This document shows, in pieces, positions 10,732 to 32,004 of a stretch of DNA of 64,000 nt. Numbering within the stretch: position 1 is the stretch's first letter; each line of letters opens with the position of its first letter. Source of the DNA: Amoebidium appalachense (lineage: Eukaryota > Protista > Ichthyosporea); NCBI GenBank assembly GCA_963693365.1, contig CAVNZM010000004.1, positions 13,377,088-13,441,087 on the forward strand, read 5' to 3'. The position numbers were made by a program, and so were the translations under genes. Below the pieces are notes generated by a model that had not been told where the DNA came from, did not search any database, and was given only the letters and a program-made list of their open reading frames with translations.

Positions 10732-11360
10732 AGTGTCGTGTATGATGGGTAACTAGTCTATGTGTTTTGTGCACTGGAAACGACAGTAGAAAAGTGTAAA
10801 TCAAACGTTCTGCTTCCCATGTTTGTGACATGGGAGGCACTGCTTTATATAGTCGTTGGCCACCTCATGGTGGCCTCGTGTGCACCCTGGTGGTGGGCCA
10901 TGTACAGCATGGCCGAAAAGAGAGCACAATGAAAACAAGTCGTTAAAGATATAAAAGTTAACTGTGCACGTTGAGTGGCTAGTTAACTTGCACTAAAGCA
11001 CACAAATAAACGTGTTTAACACACCAATTGCAGTTAAACGTAAATCTTGCTTCACACAACTAAAAATATTCTGAGAATATCCGGGAATAAAGCACACTAC
11101 CACTCTAAGAATAGAATCCTGTGGCAAATATAGACATGACATCATCTGAACCGGGAATATTAATTAATGAGCACAATTAGCACGTTGCTAGTGAAGCTCG
11201 TCATTGGTACAGTTTTGGCTCAAACATATAACTACCATATATGAATATGACCGTAAACAAAAGCTCTATGCACTCGAGTGAGTGTTGAAACAGTTATTCA
11301 ATTGCTCAGAAACTTTCTCTAACAGACATTGCTAGCCGGGAGTACCAGTGTACTCCAACA
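10596..11360 (-). repeat. 5' LTR of the copia element (TATATAAA at ~10851-10844 on the - strand; gag ATG at 10731 lies inside the LTR)
   Basis: Direct repeat of 5481-6245, immediately followed on the - strand by the PBS. Confidence 0.97.
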
Positions 11361-11804
11361 CCCCCCCCCCCCCACCTACACACACAAGCACACACGAACA
11401 CGCGTAAATGCATGATAAGGATAGTGATACGAATGGAATGTTAGTGGCTGTACGGTATGTGTAATGAACGTATGATGGAACCACGCTGCACGATTTCAAT
11501 ATGTGGCCTGCATCGTAACTATGTACATATTATGTGCCACCTATCCTTCAGCCAAACAGATCTACGCTTGTTGCTTTGACTGAGTAAGCCTGCTCGTGAG
11601 TTAGACCGTAGTGTTGAGTGTGTAGCAGCTGTAAACAGGAGGGCAGAAAACCCCTAGTAGATGTGAATGAAGTACTCGTTACGCGTTGAAGTGTGCATGG
11701 ATGTTCAAGTGCACAGCCTTTCCTCTCCCCCCCCCCCCCCCCCCCCCCCCCCTCCCTCCCTCCCTCCTGCTCGCACACGCACACGCATGCACACACACGC
11801 ACAC

Positions 11805-11843
<39 letters not shown>

Positions 11844-13174
11844 AAAGAACGATGAATGATGACAAAAGAGGGGGAGGGGAAGAGGGGAGACATCAACTCC
11901 CCTCCGCCCTGGAATGCTCACATAAAAATGCAAAAACCGCTGGGCAATTGCAAGGATATACAAGGACATAAGTTATATGTGCGGGCATGCACACATCCAC
12001 ATGCTGCTCGGTCTGTGATAATCCTCCTTGTCCTTGTTGCAGGTGCAGCCACACACTGTATGCTATGTAGTACATGACCAAAGGGAATATCCTATAACAG
12101 GTCACACATCATTTGGCTGGCTAGCATCATGCACACACCTTATTTGTTATCTAGCATTCGATCACCCGCACACCTTATTTGATCACCCACACAAATCATT
12201 GCTACCCAGCATCACGATCAACCACAAGAATTATTTGCTTTCTAGCATCACCTACACACCTTCTTTGCGATCTACCATTAATTGGCTATCATCCACATAC
12301 ATTCTTTGGCTATCTACCATCACCCACACAGATTATTTGGCTATCACTCACATACATTTTTTGGTTATCTACTTTCTAGCATCACCTACACACCTTCTTT
12401 GCGATCTACCATTAATTGGCTATCATCCACATACATTCTTTGGCTATCTACCATCACCCACACAGATTATTTGGCTATCACTCACATACATTTTTTGGTT
12501 ATCTACGATCACCCACATAGATTATTTGGCTATCACCCACATACATTTTTTGGTTATCTACCATCACCCACACAGATTATTTGGCTATCACCCACATACA
12601 TTAATTGGCTATCTACCATCACCCACACAGATTATTTAGCTATCTACCATCACCCACATACATTATTTGGCAAAGATTATTGACTATCACCCACATACAT
12701 TATTTGGCTATCTACCATCACCCATACAGATTATTTGCTATCTCCTATCACTCGCACACTATTTGGCTATCTACTATCACTAGCACTTAATTTGGCTATC
12801 ACCCACACACTTTATTTAGCTATCTACCATCAATATATACACATGATTTGGCTATCTACTATCACTCACATATTATTGATTTTGCTATCACCCACACACG
12901 TTATTTGCTTATCTACCATCACCCACACGCACTATTTTTGCTATCACCAACACACACTATTTTGCTGTTAGTATCACCAACAGATTATTTTGCTATCACC
13001 CACACACATAATTTTTTTGCTGTCTACTATCACCCACACATTATTTTTTCCGCTATCTACCATCACCCACACCGCGGTATGATTTTGAGCTATCTACCAC
13101 CACCCACACACGTAATGTTCTGCTATCTACCACCACACGTAATTTTCCGCTATCTACCACCACCCACACAGTAA

Positions 13175-13281
13175 TTTTTTCCTTTTTTTATAATGACTTT
13201 ATTGGTGTGCTCATCAAAAGAGAAGCATGCGAGATATCACAGATATTCAGAAAAGAAAATACAAAAATGCCTTATTCACGG
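13175..13281 (-). mobile_element. Short 3'-end fragment of LINE family C
   Basis: Near-identical to 13770-13863 (ctcatcaaaagagaagcat...aaaatgccttaYtcacgg) with an A-rich tail; sits at the TAATTTT of a satellite unit. Confidence 0.8.
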
Positions 13282-13494
13282 CTGCTATCTACCATCACCC
13301 ACACACGTAATTTTCTGCTATCTACCACCACCCATGCACATAATTTTCTGCTATCTACCTCCACCCACACACGTAATTTTCTGCTATCTACCATCACCCA
13401 CACAATCAAATTTTCTGCTATCTACCACCACCCACACACGTAATGTTCTGCAATCTACCACTACCCACACACGTAGATTTCTGCTATCTACCAT

Positions 13495-13729
13495 CAGTAT
13501 GATATTGTGATCCGGTGTCTTAACTTTCTTTTGGAGCTACCGATGCTAGCCTCTGCTTACCCATAATATGTAATAGGGGTGTCATATACTACGATGGCGC
13601 TCATTGTTGCCTAGCATGTACATATGCCACTGGCTGCATTTGATTGGCTGCGCTGGAAAACGCAGTAGGCCGTCGAATGTGGCTGGGCCTCCGGCAGTGT
13701 CCACGCAATAAAAAGTGTGTAAACCCCCC
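13495..13729 (+). mobile_element. 3'-end fragment of LINE family A
   Basis: Highly similar to 34764-34995 (cagtatgatattgtgatccgg...aataaaaagtgtgtaaaccccc). Confidence 0.9.
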
Positions 13730-13744
13730 ACCCACACACGTAAT

Positions 13745-14600
13745 TTTTTTATTTTTTTTTTATTTTTAAAATAATAACTTTATTGATAAGCTCATCAAAA
13801 GAGAAGCATTTGAGATATCACAGATATCTCAGAGAAGAAAATACAAAAATGCCTTACTCACGGATACGGAGGAGACAACGACTACGATAATCATATATCC
13901 GAGAAAACTCATTAAACATACGGTGATTTGACATATAGTCAATAGAAGTAATATCAGGATTATCTAAGTAAGCCAATCGCCTCAGTTCGAACGGAATAAT
14001 CTGAGATAAATAAATACATCTATCTAAATGTTTTCGAGGGAAAGGTTCAGCACAAAAGTGACACAACCATTTATGGAAACAAAGGTTAAAACGCCAAAAC
14101 AAACACTTCCAAGCAATATCACAAGAAGGGGTAAGAATGGCAAGATCAGTAAGTGTGGTAGGTTTACGAGAGGAAGGAGAAACATAAGTAGCTAATTTAC
14201 ATAACGATTGCAAAGAAAATAAACGAGTCTCTAGAATAAAAAGAAGGACAGGCTCAAGAGTCCTACCGTGATACTCTTTATCGCAAGGATGAAGTAAAGG
14301 ATGTTGAGTATGAAACCAAGTAACATATTGCTGATAATTAGTGGAAGAGAAAAATAAAGGAGAGATATATTTGAAAGGATATCTCGGAATGGAAGATAGA
14401 TTGGGGATGGGACATTTCGCACGAGTATTAGAAATGGGAACAGGTGCTAAAGAAGGGGAAAATTGCAACAAGGGATGATAAGGAGGAAGCCTAACCAAAT
14501 GAAAACAGAAGCGAAGGCCTAATTCATTCATACGTTGACTCGCTGGAGGGAGACCAAAAACACTCAACAAGGGAGCCGCCAAAGGATGCCTACGCGAGGT
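13745..14600 (-). mobile_element. 5'-truncated non-LTR retrotransposon, family C (post-RT region and C-terminal Cys/His domain)
   Basis: ORF 13854-14582 contains WRFNLCFHKWLCHFCAEPFPRKHLDRC, homologous to family B; A-rich tail at 13745-13767; imperfect TSD cacRtaatttt. Confidence 0.85.
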
Positions 14601-15310
14601 TCACATAATTTTCTGCTATCTACCACCACCCACACACGTAAATTTCTGCTATCTACCACCACCCACACACGTAAATTTTTTACTATCTACCACCACCCAC
14701 ACACGTAAATTTCTGCTATCTACCACCACCCACACACGTAAATTTCTGCTATCTACCACCACCCATACACATAATTTCTCTGCTATCTACCCCACCCACA
14801 TACGTAAATTTCTGCTATCTATCATCACCCACATGCTAATCTTCTGTTTATCTAGCACCACCCACGCACGTGATTTTCTGCAATCTACCACCACCCACAC
14901 ACGTAAATTTCTGCTATCTACCACCACCCATACACATAATTTCTCTGCTATCTACCACCACCCACATACGTAAATTTCTGCTATCTATCATCACCCCCTA
15001 ATCTTCTGTTTATCTAGCACCACCCACACACGTGATTTTCTGCAATCTAGCATCACCCACACAGGGCTAGCTCAGTACTGCAGCCGAGGGTAGCACGTGC
15101 TTTGCCACAACAATGGCTTATGCAGTCTAAGTGCCTCGCGTAAGGAATACAAACCTCATTAAATATTTGGCCACTCAGGCTCTTAGTATTACTGCCACGG
15201 CACCACATAACACATGCAATCTCCTCTCGTCGTTGTGCTAGCCCGGTTAAGCCCTGTACACCCCTTCCTCCCCCCTCCCCCCACCCCCTTCCCCGGCCCC
15301 GCTTGAGCCC

Positions 15311-15389
<79 letters not shown>

Positions 15390-16550
15390 CCCCCCTCGAC
15401 CCCCCTCCCCCTCCCCCCTCCCCCGGCCCTGCTTGGGCGCCAGCCTGGCAAGCAAATAGTGATTATGTGCCGTGCCAGGCTAGCACTCTATACTCAAAAG
15501 ATGGGGAGGGGGGAGGGGGGAGGGGGGTTCAAGCGGGCCCGGGGGCCCGGGGGGGGGGGGAGGAGGGGGGCCGAGGGGGGAGGAGGGGAGGGAGGGAGGG
15601 GGGGATAATGGAAGGGGAGGGGGTTTGGGGCTATAAAGAGAAGAGACTGTAACCAATGCAGAGTCTGTTACCCGGGCTCAATAGAGCTTTGATCTGGCCA
15701 CCAATTTAAATGCATCTATCATTGTAACATTTATTTGTAATCCGCATCAAGAAGGAATAGTTGGATTGTGCTTGCAGGGTCATAATGAAAAACTTACACA
15801 GAGTAGAATACTGCCATGGCGGCCGTGCGTCATAACTGTTTGAAATTATGGGCTAAGTCTCATTCTGGTAGTGCGATATTGCTTGTTATTAGTTAATAAA
15901 ACGAATCCGGGATATACCAACATCGTGTTCATATATTAACTTCGTGCATCTGATTTTTTATACTCAAATAGATATTTAATATCGTATAGTTATAGGTACA
16001 TAGGATTAAGTTCTTAGAGCCCCCATCACCGCCACCTTCCGCCAATGAAATTCAAATTTTAAGACTAATATTCCCCACACCTATAAGCATTTCCTTTACC
16101 CCATTATAAAGCTCATCCCGAGACGCCCATGCCCACTTGGTGATACCCACTATTTGATGTGCATTTCGACGCGTCCAAAAGAAACATAAAGCACAAACGT
16201 AGAGAAAAAGGGGTTGATTCACAAGACCAGTCAACGCGCCCCCCCTCCCCCCTTCTCCACCCCCCCCCCCCCCCCCCCCCCCCTTCCCCCGGAGGGCCTC
16301 CACACCAAACACATTATCAATGAACCTACATCCGTACATTACCCTGAAAGTATAACCCCTGCTTTGCTAAACCGGCGTGCCGCAAACAGTTGTGTGGTGG
16401 ACTGTCCCGCATCCCAGCTCCTTGTTGATGGTTCCACCAAAGACCATGCAATGAGCCCCGGGCCCGGCGTGAGGGGATGATACGGAAACCACCCGATGTC
16501 GCAATACGTACAAATAACTAAGGGGAACCGTAACTTAGGTAGTTGATGCT

Positions 16551-16610
16551 ACCGGATTGAGCAATATACTAAAAAAAAGTACCGGATTGAGCAATATACT
16601 AAAAAAAAGT
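16551..16610. repeat. Perfect 30-bp tandem duplication (accggattgagcaatatactaaaaaaaagt x2)
   Basis: Direct inspection. Confidence 0.9.
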
Positions 16611-16725
16611 CATTCGTATGTTGTTGATATTTCGCTGAATTTACGCCACGACTGGGAGCATCAGGCATCGACCCCCCTCTCCGGGCTCCTCCCTTCAAAT
16701 CCCTTCAGCTCCCATCGAAGGGTTT

Positions 16726-17199
16726 TCATGGCGCAATCTTTCTCAGAACCAGCTGTGTGTGTGTGCATGAATGGTAAGTACTTAATGTGGGCAAGTGTTT
16801 GTCTCTATGTACGCAATGGGTGTGCGTGCAGTGTATGTACATGCAACTGCATCCAGTGCATATGTGTTCTGTGTCTGCATGGCATTCTGCAGTAAACCAC
16901 CCCATATATAAAATTAATGCAATTTAAAAAAAAAAGGCCTTCTTTTAGCAATATCTGTTGACCCACGCCACAGGGTTTTGCTCAGCTTCACACCGTTCCA
17001 CCCACGAAATTCCCAATATAAGCCCCCCCCCCCCCCCTCCCCCCCCCCCCCCCATAAAGACCCCATTGGCCCCCCACCAACTGCACATCGTAGCAAAGCA
17101 GCAGCAGCAGCGTTATCCCACTTTTTGCCCCCTCCTCCCCCCCACCCCGCCCCCTCGGTCTCCGAGTCGTTCTACTGAAGCCATACAACCGTTTATGTA

Positions 17200-17230
<31 letters not shown>

Positions 17231-18677
17231 TCCCCCCACCCCCCACCCCATCCTACCCCACCCAATCCCCTCCCCCCCCCCCCCCCCTCCTCCCCCCACC
17301 CCCCCACCCCATCCTACCCCACCCAATCCCCTCCCCTCCCCCTCACCTCCAACCTCACCCCTTTGCCCCCCCAACCCCACCCCCTTGCCCCCTATCCCCC
17401 CTCTTCTCTCTACCCGCCCCTCCCCCGATCCCCCCACCCACCTCCGTGTCCGGTACACTTTTGACTATGTCCAGCACGAGATCGTTTTCGTCCAGTTTGA
17501 AATACTTCTCCCCGCTGGCCTCTGCAACCATGAAAGTTAGAGGGTTTGCGCTTTTCGTACTCTCGGTCTCACATTAATATGCGCACATAAGGCACACACA
17601 GCTAAACCTTGGGTGGACCCCCTTGACTGGCCCTCCATTCCTATGTCTCCGGTCGGCCAAAACTCAAATATACAACAAGTGCATACATTGTCTGGGCGAT
17701 AGAAAAAGAGGGTAGGAAGGGTTGTGCATTGCCACCCCCCCCCCACCCCCCAACCCTCCCCATGTAAATATCCTCGTTTTTCTCTTCTGCTAGCCTTCTC
17801 TTGCTCCTTACCTTGCATCTGTTTGTGGCACAATCCTTTCTCCTTTTTACCTGCCCCCCCCCCCCCCCCCCCCCCCTCCCTCCCCCCCTGCATACCCCCC
17901 ACACACACCCCCCAGCACACACGCACACACACAAACACACACACACACACACACACACACCAACACATACCGAAACCCAAACCCACCTGACCACGTTCCC
18001 AACCCCCCAGCAACCCCCCTCCCCCCCCCTCCCCCCCCCCACACACACATATGCGCACACACACACTTCTCCCTTCCTCTCACCTCCCCCCCCCCCCCCC
18101 CCTCCCCCCCCGCGCCCCGATCCACCTATCCCCTTCCATGCACTCACCGGACTTCATGTACAGGCCGTATGTGTCAGGGTCTGCCACCAGCTTTGCCATT
18201 TTCGTTTTGACTTCCAACACAGTTGTGTCGGTTACCGCTGCAATGTGCCCGTTAGTGAGTTCTATTTCCCTTCCCTCCCCACCACCCCCACTCCCCTTTC
18301 AGAACTTGATCTTCCTGCCTGATTATCTAATCAAATGGTACAAAGGCGAGGGACGGGAATGAGGGGAGGGATGGGAGGGGGGGAGATAGGGAGGATGTGA
18401 GGCGGGACTTGGCGGGGTACCAGGGGGGGGGGGGGAGGAGAGAGAGAGAGAGAGAGAGAGGGTTTTGGTGGTTGGTAAGAGGGGTGCCGAGTGAGGGGTT
18501 GCACGGGAAAGGGAGGGGGGATGGGGAAAGGGGTGAGGAATATTCGTGTTGGTGGAGGGCCGAGGGGTTGTTTAGGTAAGGGTGTATGGGTGTGAGGATG
18601 CACATACCGATGACGGTCTTCTTCATGGGGACTGGCTGGGTGTCGATGGTCACCCGCACTAGGGCCTTGGTTTGCTC
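16726..18677 (-). CDS. Ras-association (RA)/ubiquitin-like domain, last four exons (18677-18608, 18237-18148, 17521-17442, 16752-16726)
   Basis: Phase-consistent GT-AG splicing gives EQTKALVRVTIDTQPVPMKKTVIAVTDTTVLEVKTKMAKLVADPDTYGLYMKSEASGEKYFKLDENDLVLDIVKSVPDTELVLRKIAP*, a beta-grasp RA/FERM-F0 pattern (VRV..KT..TTVxEV..DPxxYGLY..KLDxND..LVLRK). Confidence 0.8.
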
Positions 18678-19039
18678 CTGAGGTTCGGTACGTGTCAGTG
18701 GATGGGTGGGGACAACGAGCACAAGAGCATATATGGACGTTGAAAGAGACAGGGCTAGGCCTGGCTAGAATTACTAATAATAAACAGTAAGGGATACCGA
18801 GTGGTTTGTAGCCACGACTGTTTGTGAACGAGATTGAGGAAGGCGGTAATATATGGGGGAAGGCGCCAGGAGAAGGGGGGGGGGGGGGGAGGGAGGGGGG
18901 GGGGGGGGAGGAGGAGGAGGAGGGGAGAGCACCGGAAGGGACGGGGGGGAGGGGGGATTTTGGGAACCAGACACATGTCGTGTGTGTCTGTGTGTAGGTG
19001 TGTGTGTAGGTGTGTGTGTAGGTGTGTCAGTGTGTGTCT

Positions 19040-19194
<155 letters not shown>

Positions 19195-19741
19195 TGCCTT
19201 TTGTTTCCTTGTCTTTTTATGCTTTGTTTCTTTTTTCAAAGGGGGGAGGTTTGGGGGGAAGGGGGGAGGGAGGGCGGGTAGGGGGGGGGGGGGTAGGGGG
19301 GTTGGGGGGATGGAAGGGAGGGTTGGTGAGTGGCGCAGGGGAGGGGGAGGGGGGAGTGAACAGGGAGGGGTGGGTGAGTGTTTGTGTGCGTGGGGGGGGG
19401 GGAGGGGGGGGATAGGGTAAAGTGGGAGTCTGTAGGCGTTGTGTGGTTGTGGGGGGGGGGGGGGGGAGGGCAAAAGTTGGTGTGCAGGGGTGTGGGGGGG
19501 GGGGGGGGGGGGTTTGGCTATGAGGGAAAAAAGTGTGCAACAGCAAGGCATGCCGATCATGGAAAGACGGGGTAGTGATGGCGCTGAGGAGGTGCAAAGT
19601 GTAGAGGGGCAAAGGGGGCAAAACTGTGTGCGCAAGCGTGGGTGCCGCGAGTGGATGCAGGGTAGGGGGGAGAGTAAGTAGCCACGGCTGCTTGGGTGCA
19701 ACGGCAGGGGGAGGGGGGGGAGGGGGGGGGGGGGGTCTAAC

Positions 19742-20055
19742 CTTGCCGTCAAGGAACTTCAGTGTGTCCTCAATAAACGATTGGGTGGTGGTTGGGCTGG
19801 TCGGTGTTGGGGGGGCTGATGATGCAATGTCATCCCCTGGTGTAGTAAACCAATAAATGGTTTAGATGGTGTAGCTTCAAGGGCAAAGAGAAGTCGGGAA
19901 GTATAGGATGTGGGTGTGCACTGGCTGCAAGAGTCGTTGTGGTGGCTTGGTTTCCAAATGCGAGTTGCCCATGCAAACGAAAGTGATTCTGTCGGGTAGG
20001 GGGGTTTTCCAGGTCTATATTGGGGCTACCACAACAGAGAAGTCCCGACGGGGAT

Positions 20056-20091
<36 letters not shown>

Positions 20092-20591
20092 GGGGGATAA
20101 GTTGAGCGGAGAACGGGTGGGCGGAGCGGGGACAAGGGGCGAAGAGGGGGGGGGGGGGGGGGAGGGGGGATAGTAGAAAGAAGGGGGTTTACCCTGAAGG
20201 GAGATGAAGGGGGGCAGGGGGCGGGGTGCGACCGGGGGGGGGGGGGGGGGGGGGGAAGGGGGGGGGGGGGGGCAGTATGGTAGATTCAATTGAATTATGA
20301 GCTGGGGGATTTTTCAGACGATTGCAACAGGGTACTTGCACATACATACCTCTACTGCTCGGGTCTTTTGGGAGTGAAAATGTTCCCCTGTGTTCGTGCT
20401 TAGAACCCCCCTCCTTGGTCTCAATGTGCCAAACATGCTGCCGATGCCATTTTTTGGCGCGTGAAAGATCCCCCTGCCTGGTCTGGGGCTGGTGGGGGCA
20501 CTTGATGGTAGGGGTGAGCTAGGGGGACTGGCTGGCATTCCATTGGGCCCGGGGCTGGGGGGAGGAGATACGGCCGTGAAGAAGGAGGCAC
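19742..20591 (-). CDS. Pro/Ser-rich upstream exons of the RA-domain gene (20591-20350, 19836-19742)
   Basis: Open, AG/GT-bounded exons (ASFFTAVSPPPSPGP...KTRAVE; GDDIASSAPPTPTSP...KFLDGK). The second is in phase with the first RA exon; a linking exon between the two is unresolved. Confidence 0.6.
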
Positions 20592-20753
20592 CTGATTGGT
20601 TGTGCATGGCATAAGTTGGTTGTATTTTTCTTGGACCCCCCCCCTTCCCCCCCGCTCTTCCCCCCAATCTCCTGCTGCTCTCGTATTGGATTTCTGCTCT
20701 TTTATTGTAAAATGAGTTGCTCTTTCCTCTAAGGTTTCAAGGCTACCTGTGCT

Positions 20754-20786
<33 letters not shown>

Positions 20787-21393
20787 ACCCGCTCCTCCTC
20801 CTCTACACACCCACACACCTCTCTCCATTGCACACTCCCCTCCCCTCCCCCCCCCCCGCCCCCGCTCCTCTACACACTCACACACCTCTCTCCATCGCAC
20901 ACTCCCCCCCCCCCTCCCCCCCACACAAAAAAAGGAGGGGAGGGGGGAAACCCGAACCTGCCACCATCATTTGAGTAACCCCCACCCACAAAACATGCCC
21001 ATGCACCCTGCATGGTCCATCACAGGGACCATCCGTCTGGCCATTTCTAAACTATCTCCATATCTCACAACCATTCCACCTCACAATAACACCCTATTAC
21101 ACCAATAAAAGCAGCTTATAAGTAATTACTCTTGTGCAGTCGTTAATCTTGATGATCCTATTATGTTATTCTTTTATATTTCCATATTTTAGCCACCCGC
21201 CAATCCCACTGTAAACACTCTAGAGGGGCACAGGCATAGATCACTCAGATAATAATGAACGCTAATTATTAGCAGTGGTGGGGGCTGTACGTACTGTCGA
21301 ATGTAGAAGTGTAACAGGTGAGGTCCGGTACGCTGACACCAACAAGCCTGCACACCCAAGCATACAGGTGTCAATATTAAACCTCCATCTCCA

Positions 21394-21444
<51 letters not shown>

Positions 21445-21931
21445 CCGCCCCATCCCTGCCCCCCTCCCCTCCCTCCCCCACCACCACCACCACACACACA
21501 CACACACCCGCCCCCACCTCCCTCCCCACCTTCCAGCCACACACATAAAGACACTTAATATAGACCATCCACCTCCTTCTACCCCTGCCCCCCCCCCCCC
21601 CCCCTCCCCCCCCCCCCCCCCCCTCGGCCCCCTTTCTCTCTCCCCACCCCGTCCCTTCTTTCCCCCAGCCCCATCCCTAATCTCCCTCCCTCCCGGTCCT
21701 CCTCATGTCTGTGACCTACAACATATATGAGCACACGGGCTCATTCAATTGCACATGCATTTATGTCCGCCTGCGTGCTTCAGAATCACAGTAGCAGGTA
21801 GAAGATAGACCCACAGAACCGGGTGTGCAGGGAACCACAGCACACACCCACATCTGCATTGGAGCCAAAAATGGTGGGAAACTGATCAAGTACGACAGGA
21901 AAAGAGAGAGACAACCAAACAGGCCACCTAC

Positions 21932-30576
<8,645 letters not shown>

Positions 30577-31159
30577 GCTGCAAGCTGCGTACTCTGTAAG
30601 AACATTAATTCAGTAAAATTCCCACAGTGCTATTATTAGCCAGGCAATTAGCGTGGGTCGGGTCCAAGAATTGCCCAGGCCCCTCTACCCCGTACACACA
30701 ATGTGACACACACACACACCCCGACAATCTTTACTTTAACATAGCAGCACTCTCTTTCATACTTCTGGTAACAAATATCCACGTTTATATCGTATCACAT
30801 TACACACTCGAAGTGGCACACGTGTCACACTATGCACACGCATGCACGCACGCACGCACGCGCGGGCGCGTGCGCGCACACACACACACACACAATCCAG
30901 GCCACACACACACACACACAGAAACACGTATATACCACACACGCGCGCGTGCGTGCATTTAGACACACACACACACAAACACACAAACACACACCGTGAC
31001 ACACACACACACGCGCGAGAGCCACCCACCCACATACGCACACACGCACGCGCACGGACAGATGGCCCACACGCACACGTGCGGGCCTATTTCTGCACAT
31101 GTGTGCACATATCAGACACCGTGCTCACACAATGTCGATAGTCACACACACACACACAC

Positions 31160-31179
31160 ACACGCACGCACGCACGCAT

Positions 31180-31253
<74 letters not shown>

Positions 31254-31255
31254 GC
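31160..31255. repeat. (GCAC)n tetranucleotide microsatellite (second array at ~31625-31707)
   Basis: Direct inspection. Confidence 0.95.
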
Positions 31256-31626
31256 ACTGTGAGATGCCTAAACACGCACATGCTTCCACACACAGACAGG
31301 CACGGGCGCACAAGAACACACAGTCAGGAGTTCACGGGTGATCATGCCGCATTGCACACGCATGCATTGCCATAAACCTTTGAACATTGAAACACACACA
31401 CACACGCACACACCGACCACACACACATGCACTGCCAACTTGTGACAACTGACGTCATGGTACTACACGTGTGCACCCACACACACATTCATAGTCCGAG
31501 GCTCACACACTGTGGGGCCGTATGACACATCTAGAAAACCAGCCTTAACACGTACGCTGTAGTATATACATATACCCAGGCATACACATGTACACACCAC
31601 ACACACACCACACACACATGCACACA

Positions 31627-31706
<80 letters not shown>

Positions 31707-31927
31707 CACACGCAGGCACACATAAGCTTCAACACACACGCACATACACACACACACCGTGACGCCTACCCCCCCCCCCCCCCCAACCATACACACACAC
31801 ACACACACACGCACACAGACTGACCAGCACACACACACACACAACATGGCACGCACGCACGCACACATGCACCGTGACACGCGCGCACACAAGCGCACAT
31901 GCAAGCACACAACTTGGCGTACACACA

Positions 31928-32004
<77 letters not shown>

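Larger units (their letters stand above)
5481..11360 (-). mobile_element. Full-length Ty1/copia LTR retrotransposon (Hemivirus/Ty5-type priming)
   Basis: Two 765-bp direct repeats with TGTTGG...CCAACA ends; CCCCC on both flanks (compatible with a 5-bp TSD); single gag-pol ORF in PR-IN-RT-RH order; PBS and PPT present. Confidence 0.98.
12120..15062. repeat. Minisatellite array, ~30-33-bp unit (GCTATCTACCAYCACCCACACA + AGATTATTTG / CGTAATTTTCT), interrupted by LINE fragments
   Basis: Dozens of imperfect tandem units; a ~134-bp higher-order duplication at ~12239-12506; repetitive pseudo-ORFs in all frames. Confidence 0.93.

Noticed and set aside
6403-10756. Long + strand ORFs inside the copia element
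   Set aside because: Antisense shadows of the GC-rich gag-pol frame, with no recognisable motifs.
11548-12060. Possible minus-strand exons near the copia insertion
   Set aside because: Short AG-preceded open segments without homology or consistent linkage; insufficient support.
12028-15060. Possible CRISPR array or repeat-protein gene
   Set aside because: The units are contiguous and degenerate with no unique spacers, there are no cas genes, and the context is eukaryotic; ORFs open in several frames. It is a minisatellite.
15062-15130. tRNA/SINE-like start (GCTAGCTCAGT)
   Set aside because: No B-box (GTTCRA) or cloverleaf follows.
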